DNA of 64,000 nt from assembly GCA_965202745.1 (NCBI GenBank), contig CBDBCB010000012.1, forward strand, positions 90,583 through 154,582. The letters run 5' to 3'. Position numbers and translations under genes: made by a program. Shown here piece after piece: positions 1-8,798 of this stretch. Source of the DNA: Alphaproteobacteria bacterium. GTDB taxonomy: Bacteria; Pseudomonadota; Alphaproteobacteria; Bin95. The notes under the pieces were generated by a model, which saw only the letters and a program-made list of their open reading frames with translations, searched no databases and was not told where the DNA came from. Every line of letters starts with the position of its first letter. Positions within the stretch are counted from its first letter, which is position 1.

Positions 1-2
1 TT

Positions 3-719
3 GATGTAGACAAGCTGAAAGAAGCCTGCACCGCCGACACCCGCGTCATCTTCCTGAACTCGCCCGGCAACCCGACTGGCTGGATGATCGAGCGGGACCA
101 GCAGCAGCAGATCCTGGATTTCGCCCGCGAGCGCGGCATCTGGATCGTCGCGGACGAGGTCTATGCCCGGTTGGTCTATGACCGCCCCGTTGCCCCGTCC
201 TTCATCGACATCGCAAAGCCCGACGACCCGCTCATTATTATCAACAGCTTCTCCAAGAGCTGGGCCATGACCGGCTGGCGCGTCGGCTGGATGGTGACGC
301 CGGAATGGGTAACGGACGCGCTCTTCAGCATGATCGAGTACAACACGTCCTGCGTGCCGCCCTTCCTTCAGAAAGGCGCGCTGGCGGCCGTGACCCAGGG
401 GGAGCCTTTCGTTGCCGAAATGGTCGCCCGCTGCCGCGCTGGGCGGGAGGCCATCGTGCCAGCCCTTCAGGCCATGCCCTCGGTCAAGATCGATCCACCC
501 CGCGCCGCCTTCTATGCCTTCTTCCAGGTCGAGGGCGTGACCAACAGCCTGGCCTTCGCTCAGGACCTGTTCCGTCAGACCAAGGTCGGCATCGCGCCCG
601 GCCGGGCATTCGGCGACGAGGGTGAAGGCTGGCTCCGCCTCTGCTTCGCCCAGGATCCCGCCACCCTCGCTACCGCTGCCGAGCGGCTTGGCAACTTCAT
701 CGCCTCTTACCAGCGCTGA
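3..719 (+). CDS. PLP-dependent class I/II aminotransferase (5' truncated by window)
   Basis: Frame is open from nt 3 (DVDKLK...IFLNSPGNPTG). Motifs NSPGNPTG, DEVY, SFSKSWAMTGWRVG and RLCFA. Confidence 0.92.
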   Translation, partial: DVDKLKEACTADTRVIFLNSPGNPTGWMIERDQQQQILDFARERGIWIVADEVYARLVYDRPVAPSFIDIAKPDDPLIIINSFSKSWAMTGWRVGWMVTPEWVTDALFSMIEYNTSCVPPFLQKGALAAVTQGEPFVAEMVARCRAGREAIVPALQAMPSVKIDPPRAAFYAFFQVEGVTNSLAFAQDLFRQTKVGIAPGRAFGDEGEGWLRLCFAQDPATLATAAERLGNFIASYQR

Positions 720-742
720 CCATCCAGGCGCAGGAGCATTCC

Positions 743-1588
743 ATGACCAAAGCCCTACCCGCCGGTGACCCCGTTCCGGCCATCACCGAAGGCGACGCCA
801 CGGGCGAGATTGCCGCCATTTACCAAGACATCCGGGCAACTACCGGCGTGCCCGTGGTCAATCTGATCTGGCGGCATCTGGCCACCATGCCCGGCGCGCT
901 GCCCTGGACCTGGGGGGCGTTGCGTCCGCTCTATGCGGCAAACACCGTCGCCTCCGCAGCCGCACCCCTGCGCGGGCAACTGGCCCTGCCTGCCATGCTG
1001 CCCTGGCCGGTCAGTGTGCTGGAAAGCGCAGGCCTTAGCCTGTCAGACCGCCAGACCGTTGGCCGCATTCTCTCCTCCTATGACCGCTCCAACGCCATGA
1101 ACCTGGTGGCCCTTGCCGCATTGCAGGCCCACACCCGCGGCCAGGCCAACGCGACGCCGCTGCCTGCAACAGAGCCTGGCAGCAGCATTCAGGGTGACCT
1201 GCCCTTCCTGCTGACCTTTGATCAGATGGCGCCCGCCACCGCCGACCTGGTCTACCGCCTGAATGCGATCGGCGATCCTGACCACAAGGTCATCGCCAGC
1301 ATGTACCGCCACCTGGCCCACTGGCCTGCCTTTCTGGCACTGGTGTGGGAGCGTCTGGCGCCACTCGCCGCCGATGGCCGGATCGACGGCATCATCGCAG
1401 ACAATTTGGTGACAGGCCGCGGCATCGCTGCTCGGCTGGCAGTCCAGATCCCCGACACCGGCAACGCACCGGCACAGGCAGTCCAGAAGCAGGTAGACGA
1501 CGCGCTCAACCTGTTCATCCAATTCGCCATCGGCCGCATGGTGCCCCTCGGCAGCCTGCTGGCCCGTGGCTTTCCACACGGCGAATAA
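743..1588 (+). CDS. DehI-like (group I haloacid dehalogenase/AhpD-like fold) protein
   Basis: AGGAG RBS. N-terminal ATGEIAAIYQDIR..GVPVVNLIWRHLA and an internal second half YRHLAHWPAFLALVW match the duplicated DehI architecture. Confidence 0.55.
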   Translation: MTKALPAGDPVPAITEGDATGEIAAIYQDIRATTGVPVVNLIWRHLATMPGALPWTWGALRPLYAANTVASAAAPLRGQLALPAMLPWPVSVLESAGLSLSDRQTVGRILSSYDRSNAMNLVALAALQAHTRGQANATPLPATEPGSSIQGDLPFLLTFDQMAPATADLVYRLNAIGDPDHKVIASMYRHLAHWPAFLALVWERLAPLAADGRIDGIIADNLVTGRGIAARLAVQIPDTGNAPAQAVQKQVDDALNLFIQFAIGRMVPLGSLLARGFPHGE

Positions 1589-1670
1589 GGACGAACCTCA
1601 CCGGCTCTCCCCCTCGTCATTTGCCAAAACGTGGTCTATAAACCGGGACATTGTCCGGGAAGGAAGAGTG

Positions 1671-2084
1671 ATGCCTGACAGCTCAACTCTCGAAAAGCTA
1701 TGCGCCAAGAAAGGGCTGAAGATGACGGATCAGCGCCGCACCATTGCGCGCGTTGTTTCGGAAGCCAGTGACCATCCCGACGTCGAAACCGTCTACCGCC
1801 GCGCGACCGCCATCGACCCCCGCATCTCGATCGCCACGGTATACCGCTCGCTCAAGCTGTTCGAGGACGCCAACGTTTTGATCCGGCACGATTTCGGCGA
1901 AGGCCGTGCCCGGTACGAGGAAACAGGCGATCACCACGAGCACCTGATCGACATTGAAACCGGCGAGGTGATCGAATTCCACAATGAACAGATCGAGGCC
2001 CTGAAAGAGCTGATCGCGCGCGAACTGGGCTACGAGCTGGTCGATCACCGCCTGGAACTGTTCGGCCGCAAGATCAAGTCTTAG
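1671..2084 (+). CDS. fur: Fur family transcriptional regulator (Fur/Mur)
   Basis: GLKMTDQRR, HPDVE, SIATVYRSLKLF and HHEHLID motifs. True start is probably ATG 1671. Confidence 0.92.
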   Translation: MPDSSTLEKLCAKKGLKMTDQRRTIARVVSEASDHPDVETVYRRATAIDPRISIATVYRSLKLFEDANVLIRHDFGEGRARYEETGDHHEHLIDIETGEVIEFHNEQIEALKELIARELGYELVDHRLELFGRKIKS

Positions 2085-2087
2085 TCG

Positions 2088-3722
2088 ATGGCGCAAAAGC
2101 ACCGGCCTTCTGCCGACAGAGGCTGGCCGATCAGCGTCGGGCTGTTGGCTTTTCTGGCCGCCCTACCCCTTTTGACCGTCGCCTGGCTGGCCATCACGCC
2201 AACCGAGGATTTGTGGGCGCACCTGTTCAGTACGGTGCTGCCCAAATACCTCTACAACACGCTGGCGCTGGGCGTGGGCGTCAGTGTTGGCGTGCTGCTG
2301 ATTGGGGTGCCGCTGGCATGGATGGTCAGCGTCTACGAGTTCCCCGGCCGCCGCTGGCTCGACCGGGCACTATTCCTGCCGCTCGCCACGCCGACCTACC
2401 TGATCGCCTTCGTCTATACGGACTTCCTGGACTATGCCGGGCCCGTGCAGACCCTGCTTCGCGAGACCTTCGGCTGGAGCAACCCGCAAGCCTACTGGTT
2501 CCCCGGCATCCGCAGCCTGGGCGGCGGCATCGCGGTGTTCACGCTCTGCCTCTATCCCTATGTCTATTGGCTGGCCCGCGCCGCCTTTATCGGTCGCGGC
2601 GCCCGCCAGATTGAAGCCGCCCGACTGATGGGCGAGGGACCGTTCGGCGCGTTCCGGCGTATCGGCTTGCCCCTTGCCAGGCCTGCTCTGGCGGCCGGAG
2701 TCATGATTGTCTGGATGGAGACGGTCAACGACATTGGCGCGGTGGAGCATTTCGGCATTCAGACCCTGACCGTCGGCATTTTCGACGTCTGGCTGCACCT
2801 GGGCCGCACAGGCGCAGCGGCGCAGATTGCCTTGGTCCTGCTGGCCTTGATTGCCCTGCTGGCCACTGTCGAGCGGGCGGCGCGCGGCGGCCGCAGCTAT
2901 CACACCGGCAGCACCGGTGCCGGTGCTGACCGGCGGCCTCTAAGCCGGCCTATCGGCCTGGTAACCGCTGCCCTGCTCTTCTTGCCGCTGCTGGCAGGGT
3001 TTCTGATCCCGGCTGGCCGCTTGCTGTACTTCGCTATCCTGAACGTGGATCAGGACAGTCTTGCCACCTTCTGGTCATTGGCGCGGCACAGCGTAACCCT
3101 GTCCGTCCTGGCAGCCGTGCTGTGCGTAGCCGGCGCCCTGATCCTGGCCTATGGTGCCAGGTTCTGCCCCACACGCAGCCTGCGCCATGGCGTGCGCTTC
3201 GCCACCCTGGGCTACGGCATTCCCGGCGCGGTTCTTGCCCTGGGAATCCTGACCCTGACGACCACCGCGGACCTGCGCATGGCCGACCTGACCGAATGGC
3301 TGGGCGGCGCGCCCGCCGCCATCCTGGGTGGCACCGTCTTCGCGCTGGTCTTAGCCCTCAGCGTGCGCTTCCTGGCGCTGGCCTATGGCACGATCGACGC
3401 CGGGTTGCAGCGGGTCACACCCAGCATGGACGACGCCGCCCGCATGTTGGGCGCAACCCCCGGGGTAGCCCTGTTGCGCGTGCACCTGCCGCTGCTGAAG
3501 GGCAGCTGGCTGACTGCCGCCGCTCTGGTCTTCGTGGACAGCATGAAGGAGCTGCCCATGACACTGCTGCTGCGCCCCTTCAACTACGAAACGCTGGCGA
3601 CCCACGTCTACCAGCTCGCCAGCGACGAGCGCCTGGAAGCCAGCGCCATGGCAGCATTAACCATTGTCATTGTCGGCATTGGTCCGGTCCTGTTTTTGGG
3701 CCGCGCCAGCCAGCGAAGCTAG
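2088..3722 (+). CDS. fbpB: Fe3+ ABC transporter permease (FbpB/SfuB type, two EAA halves)
   Basis: 544-aa hydrophobic protein with two EAA-like motifs (IEAARLMG, DDAARMLG) and KELPMTLLLRPFNYETLAT. Directly downstream of fur. Confidence 0.88.
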   Translation: MAQKHRPSADRGWPISVGLLAFLAALPLLTVAWLAITPTEDLWAHLFSTVLPKYLYNTLALGVGVSVGVLLIGVPLAWMVSVYEFPGRRWLDRALFLPLATPTYLIAFVYTDFLDYAGPVQTLLRETFGWSNPQAYWFPGIRSLGGGIAVFTLCLYPYVYWLARAAFIGRGARQIEAARLMGEGPFGAFRRIGLPLARPALAAGVMIVWMETVNDIGAVEHFGIQTLTVGIFDVWLHLGRTGAAAQIALVLLALIALLATVERAARGGRSYHTGSTGAGADRRPLSRPIGLVTAALLFLPLLAGFLIPAGRLLYFAILNVDQDSLATFWSLARHSVTLSVLAAVLCVAGALILAYGARFCPTRSLRHGVRFATLGYGIPGAVLALGILTLTTTADLRMADLTEWLGGAPAAILGGTVFALVLALSVRFLALAYGTIDAGLQRVTPSMDDAARMLGATPGVALLRVHLPLLKGSWLTAAALVFVDSMKELPMTLLLRPFNYETLATHVYQLASDERLEASAMAALTIVIVGIGPVLFLGRASQRS

Positions 3723-4093
3723 ACGATACCTATTATATTACGGCAATCGAAAACCACCTAAACGAAATTAAATTTTTATACGCAAAACTAAACCGTTCCT
3801 GCCAAAATAGTTTAGGTGCGGTTTATTAGTAGTTTACCTCCTACTTAGTTTACGTTTACACGATATAATATTAACGAAAGGTAAATCAGTCTATAGAAAC
3901 GCCCGGACCGGCGTCATCGCACAAGTGCATTCATCAAGCCTTTGAATCTCATCTCGAAGGCACACGTCTATATTGGGTGCCAGGCCATAGTGAACAAGAG
4001 CTTGGCTGCAATCGGCTAGGCGCACTGGCGGAGAGATGCATCACTCTTCCCAGCCATTAATATATGAGCGATCCGACAAGGTCCGAAATCGCT

Positions 4094-4942
4094 CTAAATA
4101 CCTTTGCAAAACCGCTTCAACACCTGCAATGCACTGTCTGCCAACGTCTCGGCCGGTTGTTTGCTCAAAGCATAAACCGGTTGAAAGAAGCGCCCTGCAT
4201 CCGGCACTTCACGCAGCTTGTTCGCAGCCAACAGCGGCACAGCATTGCGTGCGGGCATGTAAGCGCTGGAAGGCGTGGTCAGCAGAAAACCAAGCGCCAG
4301 TGCGCCGATATCAAGGACTATTTCCGGCGAATAGCCGTCTGGCCAGGCGCGCGCATGCTCTGCCTGGAAAACCGGGCCCCAATCAACATAAACATAGGGC
4401 GCGTTCTCCTCGCCCTGCGCCGTGGGCTCCAGCACGCTTGACACAAAAATCAGTTCTTCATCGATCAAATGATCGACACTGATCCCCGCGATCGCCTCTG
4501 GCCGGTAGTGCAGGGCGATGTCCAACGTGCCTGCAACCAGCCGCCAGGCAATTTCCTGAGCGTTTGACAACTCCCCGCGGATAGCAACGTTTGGCATCGC
4601 CTCACGCAGCGCCGGCAGGGCAGGCAGCAGCACGCTATCCCAAAGTGTTGCAGGTGCGGCCAGTGTCAGACTTTCGGCCATATTGGGTGGAAGCCCGGCC
4701 GACAATTGCGCCTGGCTCCAGGCGCGGACAATCCCCTCAGCGTGACGCACAAAACGGCGGCCTGCCGCCGTCAAACTGGCGCCTTGCTTGCCCCGGTCGA
4801 ACACCCGTGCGCCAAGCTCTTGTTCCAGAACGCGAATCCGGCTGCTCACCGTTGATTGAGTCACAAAAAGCTGCTCTGCGGCCCGGGCGAACGTGCCGGA
4901 TTCTGCAATAGCCAGAAACGTGCGGGCGGTAACGATATCCAT
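4094..4942 (-). CDS. LysR family transcriptional regulator
   Basis: N-terminal HTH TFLAIAESGTFARAAEQLFVTQSTVSSRIRVLEQELG followed by a substrate-binding domain. Confidence 0.93.
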   Translation of the reverse strand: MDIVTARTFLAIAESGTFARAAEQLFVTQSTVSSRIRVLEQELGARVFDRGKQGASLTAAGRRFVRHAEGIVRAWSQAQLSAGLPPNMAESLTLAAPATLWDSVLLPALPALREAMPNVAIRGELSNAQEIAWRLVAGTLDIALHYRPEAIAGISVDHLIDEELIFVSSVLEPTAQGEENAPYVYVDWGPVFQAEHARAWPDGYSPEIVLDIGALALGFLLTTPSSAYMPARNAVPLLAANKLREVPDAGRFFQPVYALSKQPAETLADSALQVLKRFCKGI

Positions 4943-5207
4943 GGCATTTATTTATCGAAATTTTCGTTGTTATACAGCAAATAAATTCGCTTTTCAAAAG
5001 AATACGACGGACCTATTTAAGCACTGTCAGGCAAAGATATGCCGATAAAAAACACCAGGACGAAAAATACTATGGCCACCAAGGTCAATAAGACCTCTCC
5101 AGAAAATAACAAGCCCGGCTCTAAACCAGCCATTAAATCCGCACAAACGTCGAAAAAGCGCTAGCTCGCTTCTTCGTAACCACGCCTCCACTGAAAGGAA
5201 TACTGCA

Positions 5208-5501
5208 ATAACCTCCCCCATCACCATTTTCGCCCGCATTATTGCTGCAACTGCCACTTTTGCATTCGTTGCCAGTCAGGCAATCGCGGTCGAAGTCACC
5301 AACAAAGACGGCGTCGCTCACAACCTCTATTTCGACGACAGCACTGACGGCGACATGGTCGAACTGGGTGCCGGCAAGTCTGCCAAGATCTGCAGCGACG
5401 GTTGCATCCTGACCGTCCAGAAACAGACCATTCGCACCAATGGCGACGAAACCTTCGAGATCGTTAACGGTAGCTTCGTACAGGTGCAAGTGCAGAAGTA
5501 G
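5208..5501 (+). CDS. Small secreted protein (97 aa) with ATA in the start position; missed by the ORF track
   Basis: GAAAGGA RBS then ATA-ACC-TCC. Signal peptide (IFARIIAATATFAFVASQAIA) and mature VEVTNKDG...CSDGC...VQK*. Followed by a terminator and divergent from the LysR gene. Confidence 0.7.
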   Translation: MTSPITIFARIIAATATFAFVASQAIAVEVTNKDGVAHNLYFDDSTDGDMVELGAGKSAKICSDGCILTVQKQTIRTNGDETFEIVNGSFVQVQVQK

Positions 5502-5542
5502 CCCCGTCACCTCTCTCTCGCAGATTGCTCACTGACCTATCG

Positions 5543-5571
5543 GGGAGCCTGGCAACAGGCTCCCTTCTTTT
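5543..5571 (+). terminator. Rho-independent terminator
   Basis: GGGAGCCTG-GCAA-CAGGCTCCC stem followed by TTCTTTT. Confidence 0.85.
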
Positions 5572-5618
5572 CGTTGTAAACCCGTTACAGCAGTGCCTCA
5601 GGCAGGCTCAGCATTGTG

Positions 5619-6026
5619 TCAGTCCTCGTGCTTGGGCTCCTGCCCGGCTGGCCAGGGCTCGCCCACATCCTCCAGCAGGCAGTCCAATGCCTGCACCTGC
5701 AACCGCATGCTGCCGCCGCCGGCAAACCCCGCCTGCAACACACCATCTTCATACGCCAAGCTTAACAGTGCGTGAATATGGTTGGGTTGTGCGCGATCCA
5801 GTCCGCGCGACTGAACGCCGTCCACCTGTTGAAACGACAGCAGCGCATGCGTCCGCGAGGGCTCTGCCTTGTCGTCCCAACGGTACCGGTTGACCGCCAG
5901 CACAAAGCGCTTCTCTTCCGGGAAATAGGCCATATCCGCCAGAGGCACGAGCGCGTCTTGCAACAGCGCCGAAATTACCGTCAGGTCATCCAGGTCCTTG
6001 GCGCGCAGTTTTACCGGTTTGGTCAT
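5619..6026 (-). CDS. DUF2948 family protein
   Basis: [19 protein letters not shown]..., [16 protein letters not shown]. Conserved position downstream of murA in Alphaproteobacteria. Confidence 0.85.
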   Translation of the reverse strand: MTKPVKLRAKDLDDLTVISALLQDALVPLADMAYFPEEKRFVLAVNRYRWDDKAEPSRTHALLSFQQVDGVQSRGLDRAQPNHIHALLSLAYEDGVLQAGFAGGGSMRLQVQALDCLLEDVGEPWPAGQEPKHED

Positions 6027-7305
6027 TCTCTCACCCGCTCAATGACCGCCCCGCAGGCGGCGAGTTTCTCTTCCAACCGCTCATAGCCACGGTCCAGATG
6101 ATAGATGCGGCGCACCTCGGTCTCTCCCTCCGCCGCCAACCCGGCCAACACCAACGACACCGACGCCCGCAGATCGGTGGCCATCACCGGCGCACCGCGC
6201 AGGCGCTTCACGCCCCGCACCAGGGCAGACGAGCCATGCACCGTCACATTCGCCCCCATGCGCGCCAATTCCGGTACGTGCATGAAGCGGTTTTCGAAGA
6301 TGGTTTCCGTGATCATCGCCGCTCCCTCCGACACCGCCATCAGGCTCATGAACTGTGCCTGCAAGTCGGTCGGAAAGCCTGGGAAGGGCTCGGTCATTGC
6401 ATCAGCACCGGCCAGCCCGTTCTTGCGGCTGACCTGCATACCCGCCGGCGTGTTTTCCACGGCAGCGCCTGCATGGCGCAACAGTTCCACGGCTGCCACC
6501 AGATGGCTTTCCTTCGCGCCGACCAATTCCACGTCGCCGCCAGTAATCGCCGCCGCCATGGCATAGGTACCGGTTTCGATCCGGTCGGGAATCACGGAAT
6601 GTTCGGCTGCCTGCAAGCTGCTGCGGCCCTGCACTCGGATCGTATCGCCGCCTGCGCCCTCGATCTGCACCCCCATCGCCATCAGGCAATGACACAGGTC
6701 GATGATCTCCGGCTCGCGCGCAGCATTCAGGATTTCCGTCTCGCCCTTGGCCAGAGAGGCCGCCATCAGAATATTCTCGGTTGCACCGACGGAGACCTTG
6801 GGAAAGGCCACCCGGCCACCGGACAGGCCCTTGGGTGCCCGCGCCTCTACATAGCCGCCGGTGATCTCTATCTCCGCACCCAATTCTTCCAGCGCCATCA
6901 GATGCAGGTCTACCGGCCGATTGCGATGGCGCAGCCGCCGGGCAGGGATACACGCGCCACACCAGCCCGCGCCACCAATGGCCCCAGCACCAGAACAGAG
7001 GCCCGCATCTTGCGCACCAGGTCATAGGGCGCCGTTGTGCTGGTCAACTCCTTGGTATGAAAGCGCATAACACTGCCAGCAGCCGCGCCTTCGACGCCAT
7101 CGCCTGTCAAGGATATATCGACCCCATGCTGGGAAAGCAGCAACTCCATCGACGAAATATCGGCCAGGTGCGGCACATTGCTGAGCGTCAGCGGCTGCTC
7201 AGACAGCAGCGCCGTCGCCATAAGCGGCAGCGCGGCATTCTTGGCTCCGCTGATCGGAATGCGTCCCACAAGCGGCCTGCCGCCCTGAATGCGGATCATT
7301 TCCAT
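6023..7305 (-). pseudogene. murA: UDP-N-acetylglucosamine 1-carboxyvinyltransferase, split by a 1-nt deletion near 6925
   Basis: [29 protein letters not shown] | [24 protein letters not shown]. Restoring one G (ATC-GGC-AAT-CGG-CCG-GTA) fuses ORFs 6910-7305 and 6023-6898. Could be a sequencing error. Confidence 0.85.
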
Positions 7306-7333
7306 CGGTTAATTGCTCTTCCGCGTTCCGGCA

Positions 7334-7888
7334 TTACAGCTTTGGCAGCGTTACGCCACGCTGGCCCATATACTTGCCCGCCCGGTCGGCATAGGAGACT
7401 TCGCAGGCCTCCTCCGCCTTCAGGAACAGGAACTGGCAGGCGCCTTCATTGGCATAAATGCGCGCTGGCAGCGGCGTGGTGTTGGAGAATTCCAGTGTCA
7501 CATGCCCCTCCCATTCCGGCTCCAGCGGCGTCACGTTCACGATGATGCCACAACGCGCATAGGTGGATTTGCCCAGGCAGATCACCAGCACGTCGCGCGG
7601 GATGCGGAAATACTCCACTGTCCGGGCCAGTGCGAACGAGTTCGGCGGAATAACGCAAACATCGGTATCGCGCTCCACAAAGCTCTGGTCGGAAAATGCT
7701 TTGGGATCGACGATTACCGAATCGACATTGGTGAATATCCGGAACTCCGGCGCGACCCGCGCGTCATAGCCATAGCTGGACAGGCCATACGAGATCGTGC
7801 CGTCCCGGTGTTGCCGGTCGGCAAACGGCTCGATCATGCCATTGCTTACCGCCTGCTCACGAATCCAGCGGTCGGGCATGATGCTCAT
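7334..7888 (-). CDS. dcd: dCTP deaminase
   Basis: [39 protein letters not shown] and [10 protein letters not shown] motifs. Confidence 0.96.
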   Translation of the reverse strand: MSIMPDRWIREQAVSNGMIEPFADRQHRDGTISYGLSSYGYDARVAPEFRIFTNVDSVIVDPKAFSDQSFVERDTDVCVIPPNSFALARTVEYFRIPRDVLVICLGKSTYARCGIIVNVTPLEPEWEGHVTLEFSNTTPLPARIYANEGACQFLFLKAEEACEVSYADRAGKYMGQRGVTLPKL

Positions 7889-7893
7889 GGCGT

Positions 7894-8118
7894 TTAGTTC
7901 CTTTTCTGCTCGGTCTGCTCGTCGGTTTCAGGTGCGGCACCATCATTCGGCTCCACGGCTGATTCTGAAAGGTCTTTGCGCGCGGCGGATTGCGCCTTGC
8001 GCCGCCGCAGGTTCGCCCGCAGCGCCTCGGCCAGCCGCTCATCCTTGCCGGATGCCGGCCGTCCTTTCGCCATCTTCTTATCCGCGCCATCTTGGTCCGC
8101 GCCACCGCTATCGGCCAT
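7894..8118 (-). CDS. Small conserved alphaproteobacterial protein
   Basis: [17 protein letters not shown] motif, typically found between tRNA-Thr and murA/dcd. Confidence 0.7.
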   Translation of the reverse strand: MADSGGADQDGADKKMAKGRPASGKDERLAEALRANLRRRKAQSAARKDLSESAVEPNDGAAPETDEQTEQKRN

Positions 8119-8264
8119 CGTTCCTGCCTGCCGCCATAAATGGGTATCGGGCCCGCCTTTATGTACCCAATCTGCGACAGGTCAAGCCGTCGCGCCCGAA
8201 TATGAGCCGACAGGCTTGCCACGCCGCGAACAAACTGGCATGAAGCGCGCCTGTTTGCAGTTGG

Positions 8265-8339
8265 GCCGCCGTAGCTCAGTGGTAGAGCGCGTCATTGGTA
8301 ATGACGAGGTCGAGTGTTCAATCCACTCCGGCGGCACCA
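8265..8339 (+). tRNA. tRNA-Thr(GGT)
   Basis: GCCGCCG/CGGCGGC acceptor stem with encoded CCA, D arm AGCTCAGTGGTAGAGC, anticodon arm CGTCA-TTGGTAA-TGACG, T loop GTTCAATC. Confidence 0.97.
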
Positions 8340-8798
8340 TGCCTACTGCCTGCAACCCCACCAGAAAATCAATTGCTTCGCTGCCTCGGACCGGAGCGGC
8401 GGGCCCAACCTATTGCTGCCGCTAAGCTTTGCGGACAGAAAACGGTACTATTTTACACATGAACATTGCCGGGCTGACCGTTCACTTTTACTACCCAAAT
8501 ACCTTTTTCAATACACTAACCCACTAAATTCACTCATAAGGATACTATTCGGTGTCTCTATGAAAAATATTTTTACGATAGTAATTCAACAATAATTCAA
8601 CCTTTCTTTGCAATTCGCGCTCCTTGCATTGTTTGCGGACAACCCGCGTTAAGTCCGGGATTTGGAGAAGAGCAAGCCATTCGGTCTGTCCGGCCGTCTC
8701 CTGTTGTGACTGCGTCTTTGCTGGCTGTCTGACAGCCGAGTGCAGCCGTTCCCTGCCGCCGCTTGTCGTTTCCAAGACCCGGTCAAAAGGAGCTGAAG

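Noticed and set aside
2088-3722. Fe3+ permease without adjacent binding-protein and ATPase genes
   Set aside because: Split fbp loci are common in Alphaproteobacteria; this cannot be judged from one window.
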